This document shows positions 58,174-64,000 of a DNA stretch of 64,000 nucleotides, one piece after another. A program made the translations under genes and the position numbers. Origin of the DNA: a virus; the IMG/VR virus record IMGVR_UViG_3300024348_000017, positions 1-64,000 of that record; one strand, 5' to 3'. Position 1 is the stretch's first letter. Each line of letters starts with the position of its first letter. The notes below the pieces were generated by a model that searched no databases, was not told the DNA's origin, and was given only the letters and a program-made list of their open reading frames with translations.

Positions 58174-58482
58174 CTAAATTTGTTTTATTAAATCCCTTAT
58201 TTCAATACATTTATCGTAATTTTCATCCTCAATATATTGATCTAATATTTTTTCAAGTGTTGGTTGCCACTTTTCTTTTTCCAATTCAAGGTACGTAGTT
58301 GTTCCTGCTATCTGAAATAAAGGTATGGACTTCTTTTTATTTTTTACTCCTTCCTTAATTGCAAATATAGTTTCTTCTATAACTACTTTTCTAATTTCAG
58401 GGTGAGAGCTTACTTGCTCATAGGTTACCCCATCGCTAAGTGACACTCTAAACACAGGAATCTTTCTTTTCATATTCCTCAT
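58174..58482 (-). CDS. small protein with C-terminal UVR-like motif
   Basis: ENYDKCIEIRDLI. Confidence 0.6.
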   Translation of the reverse strand: MRNMKRKIPVFRVSLSDGVTYEQVSSHPEIRKVVIEETIFAIKEGVKNKKKSIPLFQIAGTTTYLELEKEKWQPTLEKILDQYIEDENYDKCIEIRDLIKQI

Positions 58483-58493
58483 TTGTTGTTGAT

Positions 58494-58841
58494 TTATTCA
58501 GCTGTAACTTCTTCTTCAGAAGCTGGAGGCGGTAATTCCGCTGCTGGCTCCTCAACTGGTGCCTCTGCAGGCATTATTGCATTCTTGATCATCAATCTGA
58601 TGTCTTGAATTGGGATAAGGAATCCAATAACATTATCAAATGGAACATCTGTATCCATGTTTGCAGTCATATTATATTGTTGCAAACCTTGATTTAGCTT
58701 AGATTGTAACTTTTGAGTCATAGCCGCTTTATCATCACCAACTAATGTTTGTGGTAATACAAATTGTACCTTAACACCCTTTTTAGTTGGATTATGGTTT
58801 ACGTCTACTTTAAGTTTTGGTTTTATGTTCAAATCAGCCAT
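58494..58841 (-). CDS. hypothetical late protein
   Basis: ATATTTAT upstream; Pro/Glu-rich tail. Confidence 0.55.
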   Translation of the reverse strand: MADLNIKPKLKVDVNHNPTKKGVKVQFVLPQTLVGDDKAAMTQKLQSKLNQGLQQYNMTANMDTDVPFDNVIGFLIPIQDIRLMIKNAIMPAEAPVEEPAAELPPPASEEEVTAE

Positions 58842-58871
58842 TATGTTGTGTTTATATATAAATATGTGAAA

Positions 58872-59414
58872 TTATTCAAGGATCTCATCTACTAAGCCAT
58901 ATCTCTGTGCTACTTTAACATCGAAATACCATTCAGCTTGTTTATCCCTGTGTGGTTTTAATATCTTATCTGTGAACTTTGTTTTAGACATAAAGTAAGC
59001 ATCACACACTTTATCAATACGCACACACTCAGCTAATTCTTGTTTATGAAATGCTACTTTACCTTCAACTTCATAATTACCCTCGTGGTACATGAATGTA
59101 GCATATTTACTAGCCTGTCTAACATGGCCCGCCGAGAATACTACTAACCCCATTGACATTGCATGACCATGACATATTGTGTGGATTGGAGTCTGCGAAG
59201 AATCAATTACATCAATTAAAGCCATCCCATTATATATCTCTCCTCCAGGTGAGTTGATAATGAGTTTTATTGGGTCTACTATTTGCTTTTTAGCGTCCTC
59301 AGCATTAATCTCATATATATCCTGTATGATTTCGTTAACTGTTAGACCATCAATGTATCCTAATGTTATAACTCGACTTAACGGGTCTAATTTGGAACGA
59401 CGCTCTCTTGCCAT
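58872..59414 (-). CDS. clpP: ClpP-like protease
   Basis: PIKLIINSPGG, HAMSMG (Ser), FMYHE (His), YGLVDEI. Confidence 0.85.
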   Translation of the reverse strand: MARERRSKLDPLSRVITLGYIDGLTVNEIIQDIYEINAEDAKKQIVDPIKLIINSPGGEIYNGMALIDVIDSSQTPIHTICHGHAMSMGLVVFSAGHVRQASKYATFMYHEGNYEVEGKVAFHKQELAECVRIDKVCDAYFMSKTKFTDKILKPHRDKQAEWYFDVKVAQRYGLVDEILE

Positions 59415-59450
59415 AAATTATAAATTTTCTCTTATAAATATAAGTCCAAA

Positions 59451-60233
59451 TTATTGCTTAAACAAAGGAGGGTAATTTGAATTTGTTTCGCCGTTTCTAT
59501 ACCCGTAAAAACCCCATTTATATTTAAAATACTCGTGGCATTCTCTTTCAATTAATCCCTTCTGATACGTCACTTCTGGTTCTATTTTTCTAGTACCTAC
59601 TGATACGAAATGGTAGAAGTGGGTATTATAAGTTCTCTTCATCTCCATTCCCGACATTTCACATTGCATAAAGAACTCCCAATCAACTACCCAAGGACCA
59701 GGATATGTTTCATCCCAACCTCCAACTTGAAGATATTTAGTTTTATTCATGAATATAGGAAGAGTTGAACCACAATTATCAGATTCTTTTCTATTAATTG
59801 TTGATGTATAATCCCAAAAACTAACAAGATCAAAATCCTCTACACTCCCAAGTGGATGAACTACAAACTGCTTAAATATTCCTGGATTAGGTTCTATTTG
59901 ATTTGGAGCCCAAACAATATTTGGGTCATATATTTCTTCTAACTTAGCGTCCCAATCTTTATCAAATACGTTATCATCATTTGCAATTAATATTTTATCT
60001 GATGTTGCGTTATATACTCCAAAGTTAGTTGCTGTATTCAATCCTCTATTTTCAGGTAAATTAAGTACATCAATATGTTTAGAATATTTATCTAATACCT
60101 CTTTATTAATATCGTAAAAACCATCTACAACTACTATAATTTGATTTTTATGAGCAGCCCCATTGATTGCTGAATTTAGACATACGTCTAAAGCATGGGG
60201 TTCTTTATATGTTGGGATTATTACTGATATCAT
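59451..60233 (-). CDS. GT2 glycosyltransferase
   Basis: ISVIIPTY, IIVVVDG, N.G...A.N.G, ANDD (DxD-like), VGGWDE. Confidence 0.9.
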   Translation of the reverse strand: MISVIIPTYKEPHALDVCLNSAINGAAHKNQIIVVVDGFYDINKEVLDKYSKHIDVLNLPENRGLNTATNFGVYNATSDKILIANDDNVFDKDWDAKLEEIYDPNIVWAPNQIEPNPGIFKQFVVHPLGSVEDFDLVSFWDYTSTINRKESDNCGSTLPIFMNKTKYLQVGGWDETYPGPWVVDWEFFMQCEMSGMEMKRTYNTHFYHFVSVGTRKIEPEVTYQKGLIERECHEYFKYKWGFYGYRNGETNSNYPPLFKQ

Positions 60234-61108
60234 TATTTATTATTTAAAATCATTTCAATTCTTTCTTCTAATGTATATTTCGGCTTGTAAATTGAATTAA
60301 ATAAAGATGGATCACAAACTCTATACGATACACCTATTGGTTTTCCTATTAAGTGTTTTATTCCATTAGTAGGAGTATGACCACTTATTTCAAACATTGT
60401 TTTTGCTAAATCGTTAAATGAAGTTGCAATACCACTTCCTAAATTTAGTGCATCAACTTCAACATCATTATCAACTACAGTCATAACCGCTTCAACTATA
60501 TCATCCATATGAATGAAGTCTCTAACTTGAGTACCATCTCCCCAAATTTCAAATTCATCAACTTTACGATTAATTCTATCTATAAAGGAAGGGAATGGAT
60601 AAGTTAAATCTTGGTCGATACCATATCCACTAAACGGTCTAAATACATAGACTTTAGTTCCACTTTGTCTTACAAATTTAGCTAAATATTCTCCTGTTAA
60701 CTTAGACCACCCATAAGTGTAGTCAGGTAATCTTATATCATCTAAATTAATATCACTTTCTTTTAACTGATATTTTAATTCAGGTAATTGTAAGTGAACT
60801 GGGTAAGCAGCGCTACTACTAAAGTATACTACTCGTTTTTGTTTTGTCTTAATTACCCAATTAAAGAACTCAGAATCAATTGATAGATCAGTTGCTACGG
60901 ATAATGGTTCGTTTTCAATAGTTTCTCTCCCACCAACAATAGCAGCTAAATGAATAACTAAATCAAATACTTGATTTGACTGTTTGAAATAATCTCTACA
61001 ATCATTTCCTTCTTTTAAATCTATTCCTAAAATTTCATGTTTACCATTGAAATATTTTAAAAATGATCTACCAACAAAACCTAAATGACCTGTTATTAAT
61101 ATTTTCAT
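60233..61108 (-). CDS. NAD-dependent nucleotide-sugar epimerase/dehydratase
   Basis: ILITGHLGFVG, HLAA, SSSAAY, YGWSK, WGDGTQVRDFIH. Confidence 0.93.
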   Translation of the reverse strand: MKILITGHLGFVGRSFLKYFNGKHEILGIDLKEGNDCRDYFKQSNQVFDLVIHLAAIVGGRETIENEPLSVATDLSIDSEFFNWVIKTKQKRVVYFSSSAAYPVHLQLPELKYQLKESDINLDDIRLPDYTYGWSKLTGEYLAKFVRQSGTKVYVFRPFSGYGIDQDLTYPFPSFIDRINRKVDEFEIWGDGTQVRDFIHMDDIVEAVMTVVDNDVEVDALNLGSGIATSFNDLAKTMFEISGHTPTNGIKHLIGKPIGVSYRVCDPSLFNSIYKPKYTLEERIEMILNNK

Positions 61109-61974
61109 TTTATAATCTTTTTATATAGTTCAATATGTTGATTAGCTACATACCTTGAATTGCACATTTCTTTAATATTATCTGGTAGGGTTGTTTCTAT
61201 TTCTGTTAAATTTCCATTAACATCAATTAAGTAAATATAACCAGGAACATCGCAACACCATCCTTCTAAAGTAGTTCTTCCTAATAATATACCTGCTGTA
61301 AAGTCCATATGTTTTACAACATTTTCAGTATCCCATCTTGTATTAATATACTTTATGTTTGAGTGCTTAAAATCATGTTTACTATTACTCATTAAGTATA
61401 AATCCCAATCATTTTCTATACAGCTGTCTACTAAATGAGAGACTGCTTTGAAACGAATTGGATCTAAAACTTCACCAACAAATATACCACTCGTTTTTTC
61501 ATTTTTAGTAACACCCTCTGAATTGAATCTGCTTTGATCAATTGGATTGTAAATTAAAGATATTTTATCTTTTGGTATTCCATATTCATTTATCAACATA
61601 TCTGTAATAGGCTTCCTAATAGATATGTAGTGAGATATATTTTCATCCAGTATAGGAGTTTCACTTCTAATTTCTGAGTGTATTACACTAATGAGAGGAG
61701 TTCCTTTAAAATATTGAATTATGAAAGCATTTACTTGAGGTTGACTTGCTAATATGATATCAAATTTTTCATTTATATCAAGTGTTTTTGCGTCAATTTG
61801 TCTTATCCCTAATTCGTCTATTCTCTTTCTAACAGAATCGTTTTTATCAATATCTCTTAATGAAAATAAGGTAACATTGTTACCTAATGAATGTAGTTCT
61901 CTAACCAATTCATAATGGTACATTTCACTTCCTCCGAAACCATTAACGTTTAGACAACAGACTAATATTTTCAT
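61105..61974 (-). CDS. GT-B (GT4-like) glycosyltransferase
   Basis: MKIL......GGSE...YEL..EL...G..V; IYNPID..RF; GRTTLEG. Confidence 0.75.
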   Translation of the reverse strand: MKILVCCLNVNGFGGSEMYHYELVRELHSLGNNVTLFSLRDIDKNDSVRKRIDELGIRQIDAKTLDINEKFDIILASQPQVNAFIIQYFKGTPLISVIHSEIRSETPILDENISHYISIRKPITDMLINEYGIPKDKISLIYNPIDQSRFNSEGVTKNEKTSGIFVGEVLDPIRFKAVSHLVDSCIENDWDLYLMSNSKHDFKHSNIKYINTRWDTENVVKHMDFTAGILLGRTTLEGWCCDVPGYIYLIDVNGNLTEIETTLPDNIKEMCNSRYVANQHIELYKKIIK

Positions 61975-62558
61975 TATTTCCCCTTTGCAATAATATATTG
62001 AAAGTAATCTTTATGATGTAGTGTTACATCCCAACCTGAGGCAATAAACATTTCCTTATATGAATCACCATTAAATACCCATAAATGAAATGGAGCATGA
62101 TATGAAGGAGTTTCATAATCAGGGGATGAGGCAATTATATATTTAACTCCATTATCTAATAATCTTTTTATAAAAGCATCTGGGTCTACTAAATGTTCCA
62201 ATACTTCTGTAGCAATTGCTATATCCGGAAATTCAATAGATTCATTTACAAAGTCTAAATATTTTATATTTTCAGAGTTCCCTTTCTGTACAGCGTCTTC
62301 AATATTAGTAGGTTGTAAGTCATATCCCCAAATTTTATTAGGTAATTTACTTTCTATTTCTCTAATAAGACCTCCATTCCCACATCCAAAATCAGCAATA
62401 GTAGTCTCTGAATTATCTCCTACTATCTGAATCAGATATTCTAGGACTTGCATTAATCTTGGTCTATGATTATCTTGATTTATATGATCTGCTAATTCTC
62501 TACTTTTATACCACTCAGCGTCATGTGAATGGGGTTGATCAAATGTTTTATATCTCAT
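61974..62558 (-). CDS. class I SAM-dependent methyltransferase
   Basis: IADFGCGNG, WGYD, EVLEHLVDP. Confidence 0.9.
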   Translation of the reverse strand: MRYKTFDQPHSHDAEWYKSRELADHINQDNHRPRLMQVLEYLIQIVGDNSETTIADFGCGNGGLIREIESKLPNKIWGYDLQPTNIEDAVQKGNSENIKYLDFVNESIEFPDIAIATEVLEHLVDPDAFIKRLLDNGVKYIIASSPDYETPSYHAPFHLWVFNGDSYKEMFIASGWDVTLHHKDYFQYIIAKGK

Positions 62559-63252
62559 ATAAACTTTTTACTTTATTAACATCGTTTGGAAAATCATTTC
62601 CACTTCTATAAACAGCGTATGCTTGTTGATCTATATAAGCTACTGAAGCAGCATCAACATATTGAGAATCTCTTTCTGCTTTGCCATTATCTGGATGGAC
62701 ATGTTCAAATGTAACGTTATCAAAGTATTTTATTATGTTTAGGTTATTTCCTAAATCCAACCAAAAATTATCAGCATACATGTGAAGTAAACATTCAGGA
62801 ACCATAAATCCTAATACATCTACTATATTTGAAGTTAAACAAACTGCAGTAGGTAATTTAGCACCTTGTAATAAGTCATTACCATAGGCAATACCTATAC
62901 CGTTGTTGCTTTCAAAATAACTAATGAATTGTGATTCCCATTTAGTTCTAATAATATGATCATCTCCAAAGAAAGCAACATACTTGTATGAATCTTTATA
63001 TTTCATAGCAATTTGATTCAATGTAGGAATCATTCTAATTCTAGGATTTACCTCATATATAACTCCTTCTCTAACAGGATACTTGTGAGCATCATCATCA
63101 TCTAAAGCTATACATAAATCACTAAACCCTTCAGTGTTTAATTTCCAATTTTCAATAAATCTATCTACATTTGGATATCTTTCACTATCTCCACTTCTTG
63201 ATGGAACTATAATTAATATATCTTTCATTTTAGTCTTGTTTAAAATATTCAA
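62548..63252 (-). CDS. GT2/GT-A glycosyltransferase
   Basis: IIVPSR, LDDDD, FGDDH, HMYADN, FEHVHP; start probably MKDIL. Confidence 0.8.
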   Translation of the reverse strand: MNILNKTKMKDILIIVPSRSGDSERYPNVDRFIENWKLNTEGFSDLCIALDDDDAHKYPVREGVIYEVNPRIRMIPTLNQIAMKYKDSYKYVAFFGDDHIIRTKWESQFISYFESNNGIGIAYGNDLLQGAKLPTAVCLTSNIVDVLGFMVPECLLHMYADNFWLDLGNNLNIIKYFDNVTFEHVHPDNGKAERDSQYVDAASVAYIDQQAYAVYRSGNDFPNDVNKVKSLYEI

Positions 63253-63661
63253 TATAATTTAATGCTTCCATATATGTGCTTCCAAAATGCTGGATAGTTT
63301 TCATATCAGCTTTGTGAGTAGCGCCTTCAGGAAATTTAGATTTTTCTTCTTCAGTAACTAAAGTTGCTTTAACTCCAGCCCAATTCCAAGTATTGTCAAC
63401 TAAATCAACGAATACCATTCCTTTAGTTGGGTGGTTAATTGTTGAAGGATACCAATAATATCCGTTTTTATCTAACTTTTTAATAGCTCTATATAGTTCG
63501 GGTATTACTGCTTCTGTTTTTTCTAAATCAACAGTTTCAATATGCTGATTTGAGTTTGAAGCAAATCCACAGCCGAAGCAATGCCATAATTTCTTTTGCT
63601 CTTGTTCTACTTCATAGCAGAAATCTGATTCACAAACAGGGCATGTTATTAACTTATCCAT
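63230..63661 (-). CDS. Zn-ribbon protein
   Basis: CPVC....C and CFGCG. Confidence 0.65.
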   Translation of the reverse strand: MDKLITCPVCESDFCYEVEQEQKKLWHCFGCGFASNSNQHIETVDLEKTEAVIPELYRAIKKLDKNGYYWYPSTINHPTKGMVFVDLVDNTWNWAGVKATLVTEEEKSKFPEGATHKADMKTIQHFGSTYMEALNYIEYFKQD

Positions 63662-63848
63662 TTAATTGTTGTTTTGTTGTTGTTGAATTTAGACCTAGTT
63701 TTTCTATTTCAATTTTATAAGTACTAGGTTCATCATTTACGTTTGCTAGTTTTTCTTTTAACAGATCCCATTGTTTTGGGGTTATATTAAAGTCATGTAC
63801 TCCTTCTGTAAATCCTTTTAACCAAAGGATAAATTCTTTACTTGTCAT
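63654..63848 (-). CDS. small hypothetical protein
   Basis: ORF track. Confidence 0.6.
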   Translation of the reverse strand: MTSKEFILWLKGFTEGVHDFNITPKQWDLLKEKLANVNDEPSTYKIEIEKLGLNSTTTKQQLNG

Positions 63849-63853
63849 TATTT

Positions 63854-64000
63854 TTATGCTAAAGGTGATTCTTTAATTCTTTTTTCAGTATCTTCTTTAA
63901 TTATTGATATAATTTTTGTTTGAGCTTCTTTTGATAATAGAGATAAATTGTGTGTTGAAATATCTTCTCTATCAAATTCTAAACTCGAGTACAATGATAA
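63854..64000 (-). CDS. 3' end of a gene starting beyond the window
   Basis: Open minus frame ending ...KESPLA* at 63854. Confidence 0.45.
   Translation of the reverse strand, partial: LSLYSSLEFDREDISTHNLSLLSKEAQTKIISIIKEDTEKRIKESPLA

Noticed and set aside
648-59475. All plus-strand ORFs in the track (e.g. 17633..18337, 44338..44817, 24290..24748, 28236..28716)
   Set aside because: They are antisense shadows of minus-strand genes, or fall in repeat-rich non-coding DNA; none has a promoter motif or recognisable domain. The acidic 44338 ORF mirrors the Ser/Ala stalk codons.
1-64000. Stop-codon reassignment (alternative genetic code)
   Set aside because: Long conserved genes are intact in the standard code, TAG is used as a real stop, and no suppressor tRNA was found.

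Overview
64 kb of an AT-rich, large tailed (myovirus-like, T4-superfamily-type baseplate) phage genome that almost certainly infects Bacteroidota. Evidence for the host: TTTG-N20-TAnnTTT-type promoters, SprB/CHU-type adhesin modules, a DUF4494 gene, and a tmRNA tag ending in YALAA. Essentially every real gene is on the minus strand; the plus-strand ORFs are antisense shadows. Left to right: (1) PD-(D/E)XK exonuclease, primase, GIY-YIG and ParB-like genes; (2) a tail/baseplate block (2.5-20 kb) with a GH19 endolysin, gp6-, gp25- and gp5-like genes and a gp55-like late sigma factor; (3) a promoter-dense region of small genes (24-43 kb) with two unusual non-coding repeat elements at 24.6 and 28.3-28.8 kb, carrying AT-hook proteins, DNA ligase, DUF932, AdoMetDC, a secreted nuclease and a metallophosphoesterase; (4) a 10.5 kb late-expressed envelope module of signal-peptide proteins (CsgG-like channel, three beta-barrels, two cohesin+dockerin proteins, two lipidated T9SS-CTD-like proteins, small membrane proteins); (5) an RNA island with a tmRNA (long 24-aa tag), 5 tRNAs, a 156-nt tRNA-like RNA with a giant variable arm and several closed-stem non-tRNA RNAs; (6) a ClpP-like protease and a glycosyltransferase/epimerase/methyltransferase cluster. 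Best leads: the CsgG/cohesin-dockerin envelope module, the tRNA-punctuated ncRNA array, and a strong [S/T]-G-S enrichment in tail proteins that may be a sequon for the phage glycosyltransferases. All family calls come from motif recognition by eye; no database searches were run.
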